From NCBI GenBank assembly GCA_035532195.1, contig DATKRM010000204.1, positions 1-59,025 of the forward strand: DNA of 59,025 nt, in the 5' to 3' direction. This DNA comes from Solirubrobacteraceae bacterium. Its GTDB lineage: Bacteria; Actinomycetota; Thermoleophilia; Solirubrobacterales; Solirubrobacteraceae. This document shows positions 38,783-48,025 of the stretch, piece by piece. Position 1 is the stretch's first letter. Each line of letters begins with the position of its first letter. A program made the position numbers and the translations under genes. Below the pieces are notes generated by a model. The model did no database searches and had not been told where the DNA came from. It saw only the letters and a program-made list of their open reading frames with translations.

Positions 38783-40432
38783 GTGCCGACGATGGATCGC
38801 TCCAGATTGCTCAGGCGCCTGCTGCCCTGGGTCGCGGTAGCGGCGCTGCTGGTCATCGTCGCCAGCGCCATCCAGCTGGCGTCCGGCGGCTCGCACCCGA
38901 CGCCAAACGCCCTGGCCTCGAATCGGTACCTCGACCCGGGAACCCCTCTGTCCGGCCCGGCCCCGGACTTCACGCTGAGCGACGAGTTCGGCCGGCGGGT
39001 CTCGCTGTCCGCGTATCGGGGACGAGTGGTGATCCTCGCGTTCAATGACTCCCGGTGCACGACTATCTGCCCCCTGACTACCCAGGCCATGGTCCAGGCC
39101 AAGCAGTTGCTGGGACCCTCGGCCAACCGGGTCCAGCTGTTGGGCATCGATGCGAACCCCAAGGCCACCGCTGTCAGCGACGTCCGTTCGTATTCGCAAT
39201 CGCACGGGATGCTCCACCAATGGCGCTTCCTGACCGCCCGGCTGCCCGAGCTGAAGCGGGTGTGGCAGGCCTACCACGTCAGCGTGGCCATCGAGCACGG
39301 ACAGATCGACCACACCCCGGCGCTGTTCATGATCGACCCCGGTGGCCGGCTGTCCCGGCTGTACGTAACCCAGCAGTCCTACGCCGCCATCGGCCAGTTC
39401 AGCCAGCTGCTGGCCCAGCACGCCTCGGTGCTGCTGCCCGGCCACCCGCGCGTGTACTCAAGCCGGGCCTACGGCCAGGTGTTCCCGATCGGGCCCCAGA
39501 CGCGAGTGTCGCTGCCGGGCGCCACCGGCGGGCAGGTCGGCGTCGGCGGAGGCAGCGCGCCGCAGCTGACGTTCTTCTTCACCACCTGGACGGCCAAGGT
39601 GTTTCCGCTGCGCAGACAACTGGCCGCGGTGGAGCGGTACGCAGGCCTGGCCAAATCCGCGCGGCTGCCCCGCGCCGTGGCGGTCGATGAGGCCAGCGTA
39701 GAGCCCGCTCCGAGCCAGGTCCCGCAGCTCGTTCGCTCGCTGCATCCCGCCACTTCGCTGCCGGTGGCCATCGACCAATCGGGCCGGGTGGGCGACGGCT
39801 ACGAGGTGCAGGACCAGCCGTGGCTGGTCCTGACCAGCGGCACCGGCCGGATCCTGTGGCATTACGACGCCTCCACCGACGGGGCGCTCACCACCGCGGA
39901 CCTGATCCGCCACGTGCGCGCGGCCATGCGTGCCGCGCCCAGGTCCTCGGAATCGGGCCCCGCTGCTTCTGCGGCGCTCGCCGGGTCGCCCGCGGCATTG
40001 GTCAGCCTGCACCTCCAGGCGGGGCAGCTCCTCGGTCCGGAGACGGCGCTCGTGGGACGCCTGAGCTCGCTGCGCGGCTACCCCGTGGTGCTCAACGCCT
40101 GGGCTTCGTGGTGCGGCCCCTGCCGCGGCGAGTTCCCGTTGTTCGCGTCGAGCTCGGTCCGGTTTGGTCGCCAGGTGGCCTTCCTCGGCGTCGACACCAG
40201 CGACTCCAGCTCCGACGCCCAGACGTTCCTGGTCTCCCATCCGGTCAGCTATCCCAGCTACCAGACCGCGTCGACGGACCAGTTCCAGGGCCTCTTGCCT
40301 CAGGGGCTGGGCGGTCTGCCCACCACGATCTTCGTCAACCGCGCGGGCAAGGTCAGCTTCGTGCACACCGGCCAGTACGACGCTCAGGGCAGCCTCGACG
40401 CCGACATAGAGCAGTACGCGTTAGGAGGATGA
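38783..40432 (+). CDS. Membrane-anchored SCO1/SenC + thioredoxin-like + TlpA/ResA fusion
   Basis: TM anchor; CTTICP and DHT (SCO copper ligands); middle domain FFTTW without Cys; C-terminal NAWASWCGPC and GLPTTIFV. Confidence 0.85.
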   Translation: MPTMDRSRLLRRLLPWVAVAALLVIVASAIQLASGGSHPTPNALASNRYLDPGTPLSGPAPDFTLSDEFGRRVSLSAYRGRVVILAFNDSRCTTICPLTTQAMVQAKQLLGPSANRVQLLGIDANPKATAVSDVRSYSQSHGMLHQWRFLTARLPELKRVWQAYHVSVAIEHGQIDHTPALFMIDPGGRLSRLYVTQQSYAAIGQFSQLLAQHASVLLPGHPRVYSSRAYGQVFPIGPQTRVSLPGATGGQVGVGGGSAPQLTFFFTTWTAKVFPLRRQLAAVERYAGLAKSARLPRAVAVDEASVEPAPSQVPQLVRSLHPATSLPVAIDQSGRVGDGYEVQDQPWLVLTSGTGRILWHYDASTDGALTTADLIRHVRAAMRAAPRSSESGPAASAALAGSPAALVSLHLQAGQLLGPETALVGRLSSLRGYPVVLNAWASWCGPCRGEFPLFASSSVRFGRQVAFLGVDTSDSSSDAQTFLVSHPVSYPSYQTASTDQFQGLLPQGLGGLPTTIFVNRAGKVSFVHTGQYDAQGSLDADIEQYALGG

Positions 40433-41442
40433 AGCCCGCCGTCATAGCGGCGGCATCCCTGTCGCTGGTGGCGACGGGCTGTGGCTCAAGCAGCGGTACG
40501 CGTCCGGCCCCTCAAGTCAGCCCTGCCACCCCTACCGCAGCCACAACCAAGCCGGTGAGCCAAAGAGCGTTGGCGTCGGTCAGCGCCGCGGCCCGGGAGG
40601 CGGACAGCCAGCTACGGCGCCAGCGCAGCCAGCCCTACGCCATCGGCTCGGTCACGCTGACGCTCACCGATCCCAGCCGCACGATCGGCAGCGCGCCCCG
40701 GTCTTTCGACACCATCATCCGCTACCCCAAGCCGGTCGCCGGCCAGGCGCCGGGGCCGTTCCCGCTGGTCGCATTCGGGCACGGGTTCGCCGTGACCCCC
40801 GACCCGTACTCGCCGCTGCTCGACGCCTGGACCCAGGCGGGGTTCGTGGTGGCCGCGCCCGTGTTTCCGCTGGAGAACGCCAACGCTCCGGGCGGCCCTG
40901 ACGAGAAGGATCTGGATAACCAGCCAGCCGACATGAGCCTGGTCATCTCGTCCCTGACGACAGGCTCGGCCGGTCGCCAGGGCGGGCTCGCGGGGATGAT
41001 CGACTCCCGCCACATCGCGGTCACCGGCCAATCCGACGGCGGGGACACCGCCCTGGCGGCGGCCTACGACCCCCGGCACCGTGACCCGCGGATCGGCGCC
41101 GCGATGATCCTGTCCGGGGCCGAGGACCCGTTCGCCGCGCAGTTCGCCATGCCCAGCTCGGGGCCACCCCTGCTGGCCGTCCAGGGCACCGCCGACACGA
41201 TCAACCCGCCGGACATGACCTACGCCTTCTACAACCAGGCCGCTTCCCCCAAGTTCCTGCTCCGCCTGATCGGAGCCGGCCATCAGCCCCCCTACACCGA
41301 GCCCGGCGCCGAGCTCACCGCGGTGGCACGGACCACGATCGCGTTCCTCGACGCCGTGTTCAAGGGCCACCCCGCGCGCCTGAACCGCCTGCTGGCCGCC
41401 GGGACGGCCGGCGACGACTCGCAGCTGACCGGCAAGCAGTAG
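40429..41442 (+). CDS. Lipoprotein alpha/beta hydrolase (chlorophyllase/dienelactone hydrolase-like)
   Basis: Start at the ATGA overlap with a GGAGG SD; lipobox ATGC; PLVAFGHG, GQSDGG, GTAD, AGH triad. Confidence 0.85.
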   Translation: MKPAVIAAASLSLVATGCGSSSGTRPAPQVSPATPTAATTKPVSQRALASVSAAAREADSQLRRQRSQPYAIGSVTLTLTDPSRTIGSAPRSFDTIIRYPKPVAGQAPGPFPLVAFGHGFAVTPDPYSPLLDAWTQAGFVVAAPVFPLENANAPGGPDEKDLDNQPADMSLVISSLTTGSAGRQGGLAGMIDSRHIAVTGQSDGGDTALAAAYDPRHRDPRIGAAMILSGAEDPFAAQFAMPSSGPPLLAVQGTADTINPPDMTYAFYNQAASPKFLLRLIGAGHQPPYTEPGAELTAVARTTIAFLDAVFKGHPARLNRLLAAGTAGDDSQLTGKQ

Positions 41443-41459
41443 AGGGCCACGCGCTCCGG

Positions 41460-41891
41460 TCAGCCGCTGAGCTTGGCCTCGAGCCCGATCTCGCCCACTC
41501 CGGCCAGGGCCCGGGACACCGGACAACCCGCCTTCGCCTGGGCGGCGAACTCCGCGAACTGACCCTGATCGATCCCCGGCACCTGGCCTTCGGTGATGAG
41601 CTGGATCTGGGTGATGGTCGGAACCCCGTCGACCGGGCGCAGCTCGACCCGGGCGGTGGTGTTGACCGAATCCGCCACGTGGCCGGCCTCGGCCAGGATG
41701 TTGCTGAGCGCCATCGAGAAGCAGCTGGCGTGAGCCGCGGCGATCAGCTCCTCCGGGTTGGTGCCCGGGCCGTCCTCGAACCTGGTCCGGAACGAGTACT
41801 GGCCCGAGAACAAGCCGCTGGCCACAGCCACGGTGCCCGACCCGTTCCGCAGGTCTCCCTGCCACTCGGCGCTTCCCTCACGTATCGGCAT
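41460..41891 (-). CDS. osmC: OsmC peroxiredoxin
   Basis: WQGDLRNGSG, YSFRTRFE, GTNPEELIAAAHASCF, AKAGCPVSRAL. Confidence 0.95.
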   Translation of the reverse strand: MPIREGSAEWQGDLRNGSGTVAVASGLFSGQYSFRTRFEDGPGTNPEELIAAAHASCFSMALSNILAEAGHVADSVNTTARVELRPVDGVPTITQIQLITEGQVPGIDQGQFAEFAAQAKAGCPVSRALAGVGEIGLEAKLSG

Positions 41892-41906
41892 ATCCAATCT
41901 CTCCTG

Positions 41907-42320
41907 TCAGCGGTTGAGTTCCGGCGGCTCGAGCGCCTGGTTGACCAGCTCGGTATCCAGATACTCGGTGAGCTCACGCACCCGGCCGTCGGCCAGCCGG
42001 AACACGTAGCAGTAGGTCTGGTTGTACGGCCGGCCCGATTTGGTGTTCACCTGTCCGCGGGCTTCGACCACCACCACGTCGTCCTCGGCCAGGATCCGGA
42101 TAGCCCGGGCGGTGTACTGGTCGGCAAACTGCGAGAACAGCGGACGCATCAGCTGCTCCACCACCTCGCGCTTGCCCGCGTAGGTCCGAGACCAGGGCGA
42201 GCTGCCGATCACCGTCCAGCGCACGTCGTCAGCCAGGGCGTCCATGAACGGCTGTCCGTTGCCCTGAGACAGCTCCGCGAACACGCCCTCCAGCAACTGC
42301 TTGTGCTCGGCCGCGCCCAT
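41907..42320 (-). CDS. SnoaL/NTF2-like (ketosteroid isomerase-like) protein
   Basis: LADDVRW, AEDDVVVVE, YNQTYCYVF, EYLDT; true start is ATG 42320 inside the longer ORF. Confidence 0.88.
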   Translation of the reverse strand: MGAAEHKQLLEGVFAELSQGNGQPFMDALADDVRWTVIGSSPWSRTYAGKREVVEQLMRPLFSQFADQYTARAIRILAEDDVVVVEARGQVNTKSGRPYNQTYCYVFRLADGRVRELTEYLDTELVNQALEPPELNR

Positions 42321-42805
42321 CAGGCCAGCCCGTAGTGGCGCCGCGTGTCGCGGAACAGGGTGCCCAGCAGCCGCCGGTTCATGGGCATGCTGAGCCGGCC
42401 GGCGGCCGCCGGCTCGATCGCCACCACCCAGGTGAACCGGCATGAGGTCTCGGAGGTCGGCTCCACCAGATAGTCCTCGGCGAAGCGCCGGAACCCGGGC
42501 ACGCTGGCCTCGGTCACATAGAACGACATCCGCTGCCCGTCCTCCCAGCGGAAGAAGTGTTCCTTGAGGACGTTCAAGCCCCGCAGCGCCGAAACCGTGC
42601 GGGTGGTGCCGACGCCGAATGGCCGCGGCGAGGTCCAGCTGACGTCCGAGAGGATGCGAATCCAGGACAGCGCGTCGTCGCCCGTCAGCTCGCCCCACAC
42701 CTGGCTGGCCGGCTGGCTGACGTCAAACGTGTCCCTGAGCTGGACCGGCGCGGTGTCGAAGAACGTCTCGTCGGCGGGCTCGGCTCGAAACCAGGGTCGG
42801 CGCAC
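42320..42805 (-). CDS. SRPBCC/polyketide cyclase family protein
   Basis: VW, WTSPRPFGVGTTR, EHFFRW, FAEDY pattern; GTG 42805 follows TAGACT. Confidence 0.85.
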   Translation of the reverse strand: MRRPWFRAEPADETFFDTAPVQLRDTFDVSQPASQVWGELTGDDALSWIRILSDVSWTSPRPFGVGTTRTVSALRGLNVLKEHFFRWEDGQRMSFYVTEASVPGFRRFAEDYLVEPTSETSCRFTWVVAIEPAAAGRLSMPMNRRLLGTLFRDTRRHYGLA

Positions 42806-42841
42806 GGAGGCCAAGTCTATTCGTCACCGTCTGGCGCGGGC

Positions 42842-44296
42842 TCAAGTGTTCACGTCCGAGAGCAGCCACAGCCCGAGAGACGTGAAGCACACCATCATCG
42901 CGAGCATCCAGTACTGCGACCGGACCGCCTCGACGCCGCTGCGGAAGATGCTCAGCGCCCGGTCATGGGCGAGCGTCAGGCCGGCCACGTGTCCCACCAC
43001 CAGCGCTAGCACCTGCACGTACCAGATCGCGGTCGAGCCGAGGAAGTTGTAGTTGATGTGCCAATGGGCGGTGCCAATCAGATTCGAACCGTGGCCGAGT
43101 GGGTCTGACGCGAGGTAGCCGATCGCCTGCCCCTGCCAGATCAGCAATGAGAAGTAGTGAGCCAGCACGTAGGCGAACGCGATCGGCACCAGCGTGTGAG
43201 CGAACTGACTCGAGAGATCGCGCAGCCCGAACCGCCGCGAGACCGTACGCATGCCCAGGACCCCCAGCCAGAAGAAACCGGAGACCACGCCGATGGCAAT
43301 CAGCAGCCCAAGGCTGTCGGCCAGCTGGTCCGCTGTGTCGTCCGAGGCCCCGAGCGACTTGAAGAAGTCTGTGATGTGCGGGCCCAGGTTGTTCCAGACC
43401 ACGCCGTTCGACGCGCCGTCGAACGTGGTTATGCCGATTACCACCAGGACAAGCGCCACGGTCCCCGGCACCGCCTTCATACCGATCACCCCGGTGAACG
43501 GCCGCCGGGCATAGATCACGCGCTCACGCGCCTCCAGTGGACCCAGACGTGAGAACAGATTGAAGTAACCGCCAAACGGATCGCCGTAGTCCGACCAGGT
43601 TTCGGCGCCGAACAGCGCCATGCCCACGAGCATCAACACGAAATAGGCCAACGCCAGAGACGCCAGCAGCGACGGGCTGTCGTGGTTGTGGTAGATCAGC
43701 TCAAGCCAGCCGAACGCGAACACGCCCACCACCACGGGCCACCGTCCAAGCCACTCCGGGTACGCGAGCGGTCCCGGCCGCCCTGCCCCGGCGCGCCGAC
43801 CCAGCCAGCGAGCGGTCCTGGCTACCGCGCGCCATGGGCTGAACGCCCGGAACCAGTCGCCGGTGACCGCGCTGGTGATCGGGACTCCGACCCAGAAGAT
43901 GATGTAGATGAACGTCGGGTCGAAGTTCTTCGTTTGTGCGTCCTCGCCCCCGACGCCCGCGTAACCCGCGTAGATCAGCAGAACGAATAGGGCCATGCCG
44001 ATCAGGCCGCACAGCCCGGTCAACACGCCCGGGACCGTTCCCAACCGCTTGGGCTGCAGTGCTTGCAGCCGCGGCGTGGACCACAGAGCCGACAGCGCCA
44101 CGAACGACACGACCAGGACGATCGCTGCTGCCCAGGCGAACAGCCACGCCGGCACCGGGAGACTGGCCCGACCAGAGATCCCGTGAGCGGCAGCCGTCGC
44201 GGGCAGGACCGCGCCAAGAGCCAGCCCGGCGAGGGTCAGCCCGGATATACGTTGCATGGTTGAGGCACCCCTGACGGGGCGTCGGTGATCAAGCAT
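42842..44296 (-). CDS. Polytopic membrane protein (family often mis-labelled fenitrothion hydrolase)
   Basis: Signal-like AAA|HG, LPVPAWLF, FSPWR, LVPIAFAYVLAHYF, GHVAG..LAHDRA, SQY. Start is 44296 (SD AAGGGAGG) or 44257. Confidence 0.8.
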   Translation of the reverse strand: MLDHRRPVRGASTMQRISGLTLAGLALGAVLPATAAAHGISGRASLPVPAWLFAWAAAIVLVVSFVALSALWSTPRLQALQPKRLGTVPGVLTGLCGLIGMALFVLLIYAGYAGVGGEDAQTKNFDPTFIYIIFWVGVPITSAVTGDWFRAFSPWRAVARTARWLGRRAGAGRPGPLAYPEWLGRWPVVVGVFAFGWLELIYHNHDSPSLLASLALAYFVLMLVGMALFGAETWSDYGDPFGGYFNLFSRLGPLEARERVIYARRPFTGVIGMKAVPGTVALVLVVIGITTFDGASNGVVWNNLGPHITDFFKSLGASDDTADQLADSLGLLIAIGVVSGFFWLGVLGMRTVSRRFGLRDLSSQFAHTLVPIAFAYVLAHYFSLLIWQGQAIGYLASDPLGHGSNLIGTAHWHINYNFLGSTAIWYVQVLALVVGHVAGLTLAHDRALSIFRSGVEAVRSQYWMLAMMVCFTSLGLWLLSDVNT

Positions 44297-44340
44297 GAGC
44301 CTCCCTTGCGTCGAGGATGAGCGCCGGCGCCCCGGCGCGT

Positions 44341-44592
44341 TCAGGCGATCGACAGCCGGGGAGGTGGTGGCGGACGGACGGCCAGGGAGGAGGCGATCAG
44401 CAGCCCGCCCCGCGGCAGGAGCCGGTACGTCGCCCGCCGCGATGCCGGGACCGGCGCCGCGGCTGAGCGCTCAGGTCGCGCCGACCGGCCCAGCCTGAGC
44501 AGGGTGCGCTCACCCGGGTAGCGCCGCAGCAGCAGCAGGACGATCAGCCCCAGCGCTGGCAGCAGGTAGAGAAGCGCGATCACGCCCGGCAC
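44341..44592 (-). CDS. Small single-TM protein ending in RPPPPP (candidate leader/arrest peptide)
   Basis: TM helix, RRYPGE, Arg/Ala linker, RGGLLIASSLAVRPPPPPR; 44 nt upstream of the membrane protein gene. Confidence 0.65.
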   Translation of the reverse strand: MPGVIALLYLLPALGLIVLLLLRRYPGERTLLRLGRSARPERSAAAPVPASRRATYRLLPRGGLLIASSLAVRPPPPPRLSIA

Positions 44593-44610
44593 ATTTAAGC
44601 TGCTCGACTG

Positions 44611-45252
44611 ATGGGCCGCGCCGCTCTAACCGCATTCCTTGTCCTGACCGGATCGGTTTGCGCAGCCTGCAGTACGGCAAGCCTTGCCCCTCCGTCAGCG
44701 CCGCAGCAGGTGGAGAATCCGTCCGTCCTGGCCCTCGATCTGTCGCTGACTCGGCCCACCGGCCAGGGTGCGGCGTTTCGTCCCGGGCCGGCGGGCAATC
44801 GTGCTGTTGTGTCAGGCGCACCCGTGGGCGCACTACGCTGCGCCAGGTCAACCGCAAGTGCTTATGGAGCCCATGTCGAGCTGTTCGCACAGGATCACGG
44901 CGTCCAGGTACCCGCCGGAATCGGGGTCTCCCGGGGCCGCCGCCAGGGACCGTTCGTGGTGAGCGGGCGCTGCCGCTACCAGCTGAGCACGGTCGACCCG
45001 ACCGGCGTCGTTCAGGTACGAAGCCCAGGCCGCGCCACGCTTACCGTGGGCGAGTTGTTCTGGCTGTGGGGACAACCGCTTTCCCGGCACCGGCTCGCTT
45101 CATTCCCCGGAAGGGTGACGGCGTTCGTAGGCGGTCGGCGCTGGGCGCGCGATCCCCGAGTGATTCCCCTGCGCCGCCACGCCCAGATCGTGCTCGAGGT
45201 GGGGCCCCGGGTTCCTCCACACTCCTCCTACCTGTTCCCTCCGGGCCTGTGA
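44611..45252 (+). CDS. Hypothetical lipoprotein
   Basis: Lipobox-like CAAC; HVELF, VPAGIG, CRY..ST.DPTGVV, WGQPL, IPL..HAQIVL; GTGA coupling to the next gene. Confidence 0.7.
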   Translation: MGRAALTAFLVLTGSVCAACSTASLAPPSAPQQVENPSVLALDLSLTRPTGQGAAFRPGPAGNRAVVSGAPVGALRCARSTASAYGAHVELFAQDHGVQVPAGIGVSRGRRQGPFVVSGRCRYQLSTVDPTGVVQVRSPGRATLTVGELFWLWGQPLSRHRLASFPGRVTAFVGGRRWARDPRVIPLRRHAQIVLEVGPRVPPHSSYLFPPGL

Positions 45253-45914
45253 GCGCCTTCGCACGCTTCAAGCGGACAGCTGCGGTGCTGCTGGTCGCCG
45301 GACTCGCCTCATCCGTCGCCGCGTCCAGCGCCCTGGGCGACGCCGACCCGGCCAGCGACATCCTCCTCGGGGCCCCCGCCTTCTATCCCTTTTCTCCCCC
45401 GGTGTCCAACACACTGCAGAACCAGCTCGAGCAGGAGCTGTCCGAGCTTCAGAAGAAGGGCCTGAACCTCAAGGTGGGAATCATCCAGAGCCCGGTTGAC
45501 CTCGGTGCGATTCCTAATATGTTCGGGCAGCCGCAGACCTACGCCAACTTCCTCGACCGGGAGATCTCGTTCAATCAGCCGCAGCCTCTGCTTGTGGTGA
45601 TGCCCAACGGGTTCGGAATCTCCCACGCCGGACCCCCCAGCGCGCTGTCTGGTCTCAAGGTAGACGCGGCCGGCAAATCGGACGGCCTCACCAGGTCGGC
45701 CATCCTGGCCGTGCAGCGGATCGCCCAGGCCAACGCTAAGCCGATCGCGGCGCTGGCGCCCGGTGGTGGCAAGTCTGGCTCGGGGGGCACGTCGCCGCTG
45801 ATCACCTTCGGAGCCCCGGCGCTGATCGTGCTGATCGCCGTGTCGGCGATCGCGTGGCGCCAGCGGCGAGCTGGGGCGCTGGAGACCGAAGAGGACGCCG
45901 AAGCCCCCTCCTAG
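45249..45914 (+). CDS. Hypothetical secreted protein with a C-terminal membrane anchor
   Basis: GTG 45249; signal peptide, DADPASDILL, LLVVMPNGFG, C-terminal TM plus basic tail. Confidence 0.75.
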   Translation: MSAFARFKRTAAVLLVAGLASSVAASSALGDADPASDILLGAPAFYPFSPPVSNTLQNQLEQELSELQKKGLNLKVGIIQSPVDLGAIPNMFGQPQTYANFLDREISFNQPQPLLVVMPNGFGISHAGPPSALSGLKVDAAGKSDGLTRSAILAVQRIAQANAKPIAALAPGGGKSGSGGTSPLITFGAPALIVLIAVSAIAWRQRRAGALETEEDAEAPS

Positions 45915-46047
45915 CCGGACCAGCTCCTACACGCTGGCTCCCGGAGGACTGGCCTAGGCCGAGCATCGCCATCCACCGCGGCAGGCTGGGCACGGCCGCG
46001 CCGTCCCGACGCGCCGATCCAGTCGGCCCACTCCGACTTAACTCATA

Positions 46048-46071
46048 TTATCGACCAGAAAAGTGGGGATT
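46048..46071. promoter_or_regulatory. Possible Rrf2-type operator upstream of the sulfate operon
   Basis: AT-rich patch with imperfect dyad ATCGACCA-gaaaag-TGGGGAT. Confidence 0.3.
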
Positions 46072-46136
46072 CGCTACTCTCTCCCGGTCGAGCGAGTAAA
46101 TCGATTGATTCAGTGGACATCAAACCCGGAGGATTC

Positions 46137-47192
46137 ATGACACTACGCACGCGATTCAGAGCCTCACGAACGCTGCCCGTGCTCGCGGCGTTGGGGCTCG
46201 CGGGCGGGCTGGCGGCCTGCGGGGGCTCCGCTGACACCAACGGCGGCTCGTCGGGCTCGACGGCCGGGAAGACCCAGCTCAACCTCGTCGGCTATTCCAC
46301 GCCCAAGAAGGCCTACGACAAGCTGATCGACGCGTTCGAGGCCACCCCGGATGGCAGGAGCGTCACGTTCTCGACCTCGTTCGGAGCCTCCGGCTCGCAG
46401 AGCCGCGCGGTGGCCACCGGGCAGCCGGCCGACGTCGTGGCGTTCTCAACCACTCCGGACATCACCCGCCTGGTTAAGGCCGGCGTCGTGTCCTCCAGCT
46501 GGGACGCCAATCCCCAGAAGGGCATCGCCAACGATTCGGTGGTGGTGCTGGTGGTGCGCAAGGGCAATCCCAAGCACATCACCGGCTGGGATGACCTGAT
46601 CAAGCCCGGGGTGGACGTGATCACCCCCAATCCCTCGACGTCCGGGAGTGCGCGCTGGAACGTCCTCGCCGCCTACGGCTCCCAGCTCAAGGAAGGCAAG
46701 TCCCCGGCCGAGGCGCTGGCCTACGTCAACACGCTCCTGACCAAGCACGTAAGCGTCCAGGACACGAGCGGTAGCGCGGCCACCCAGACGTTTGTTGGCG
46801 GCAAGGGCGATGTCCTGCTCTCGTATGAGAGCGAGGCGATCTCGGCCAAGAAGGCGGGTGATCCGATCGAGTACTTCGTCCCCAAGCAGACGATCCTGAT
46901 CGAGACGCCGATCGCCGTGACCAGCAAGTCGGCGCATCCTCAGCAGGCGCAGGCATTCGTCAACTGGCTGTGGACGACCGCGGGTCAGACTCTATGGGCC
47001 AAGAGCGGCTATCGGCCGGTGCTGCCGTCGGTGCTCTCGAAGTACGCCAGCAAGTTCCCCACGCCGCCGCAGCTGTTCACGATCGCCAGCCTGGGCGGTT
47101 GGACGCAGGTCACCAAGACCTTCTTTGCCCCATCCACCGGGCTGATCACCAAGATCGAGCAGGCGGCCGGAGTGCCGACGGCCTCGAGCTAA
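46137..47192 (+). CDS. sbp: Sulfate/thiosulfate ABC transporter substrate-binding lipoprotein
   Basis: Lipobox LAAC; SFGASGSQSRAV, VRKGNPKHI.GWDDL, TPNPSTSGSARWN, GDVLLSYESEA; GGAGGA SD. Confidence 0.94.
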   Translation: MTLRTRFRASRTLPVLAALGLAGGLAACGGSADTNGGSSGSTAGKTQLNLVGYSTPKKAYDKLIDAFEATPDGRSVTFSTSFGASGSQSRAVATGQPADVVAFSTTPDITRLVKAGVVSSSWDANPQKGIANDSVVVLVVRKGNPKHITGWDDLIKPGVDVITPNPSTSGSARWNVLAAYGSQLKEGKSPAEALAYVNTLLTKHVSVQDTSGSAATQTFVGGKGDVLLSYESEAISAKKAGDPIEYFVPKQTILIETPIAVTSKSAHPQQAQAFVNWLWTTAGQTLWAKSGYRPVLPSVLSKYASKFPTPPQLFTIASLGGWTQVTKTFFAPSTGLITKIEQAAGVPTASS

Positions 47193-47203
47193 CACCGAGG
47201 GGC

Positions 47204-48025
47204 ATGAGCAGCTCGAGCTCATACGCAGCGCCTCGCGCGCCCGCCGGCTGGCGGGCGCGCGTTCGCGTTCCCCGGGGCACGCTCAGCCTGGGCGTGGCCA
47301 CGCTGTACATGAGCGTGATCGTCCTGATTCCGCTGGCCGCCGTGGTGGAGAAGGCGGTCGCCCAGGGCCCGGGCGCGTTCTTTGACTCGGTCACCGCTTC
47401 TGGGGCAGTCAGCGCGCTGGTGATCACGCTGGTGGCCTCGCTGGTCGTGGCGGCGATCGGAGCCGTGATGGGCACGCTGGTGGCCTGGATCCTGGCCCGG
47501 GACAAGTTCCCCGGGCAGCGGCTGGTCAACAGCCTGATCGACCTGCCGTTCGCGCTGCCCACGATCGTGGCCGGGCTGACGCTGATTGCCCTGTACGGGC
47601 CGCGCAGCCCGTTCGGACTGCACCTGGCCTACGCCCGCGCCGGAGTGCTGCTGGCCCTGCTGTTCGTGACGTTGCCGTTCGTGGTCCGCGCGGTCCAGCC
47701 GGTGCTGATCGAGCTCGACCCAGAAGCCGAGGAGGCAGCTGCCTCGCTCGGGGCGTCCAACGCCACGATCTTCCGGAGGATCGTGCTGCCCTCGCTGCGG
47801 CCGGCGATCGCCTCCGGGGCCGCCCTGGCGTTCGCTCGAGCGGTCGGGGAGTTCGGCGCGCTGGTGCTGATCGCCGGGAAGGTCCAGATCGCCAGCATCG
47901 TCATCTTCGCCGACATTGAGAGCGACGCCACCCAGGCGGCGGCCTCGCTGTCGGTGGTGCTGCTGGTCATCTCCCTCATCGTGCTGGTGCTGCTGCGCTG
48001 GCCGGGGGCGCGCAATGCGCGTTAG
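47204..48025 (+). CDS. cysT: Sulfate ABC transporter permease CysT
   Basis: IDLPFALPTIVAGL, TLPFVVRAVQP, EEAAASLGA, FARAVGEFG. Confidence 0.94.
   Translation: MSSSSSYAAPRAPAGWRARVRVPRGTLSLGVATLYMSVIVLIPLAAVVEKAVAQGPGAFFDSVTASGAVSALVITLVASLVVAAIGAVMGTLVAWILARDKFPGQRLVNSLIDLPFALPTIVAGLTLIALYGPRSPFGLHLAYARAGVLLALLFVTLPFVVRAVQPVLIELDPEAEEAAASLGASNATIFRRIVLPSLRPAIASGAALAFARAVGEFGALVLIAGKVQIASIVIFADIESDATQAAASLSVVLLVISLIVLVLLRWPGARNAR

Noticed and set aside
39820-40428. N-terminal extensions in the ORF track (39820, 44658, 46970, 47916, 51685, 54323, 42698, 24345, 27372)
   Set aside because: They overlap neighbouring genes; internal starts with an SD, coupling or a -10 box fit better.
41882-41889. 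GCCGATAC sigma28-like box at osmC
   Set aside because: It lies inside the first codons (ATG CCG ATA C), which shows the motif also arises by chance.
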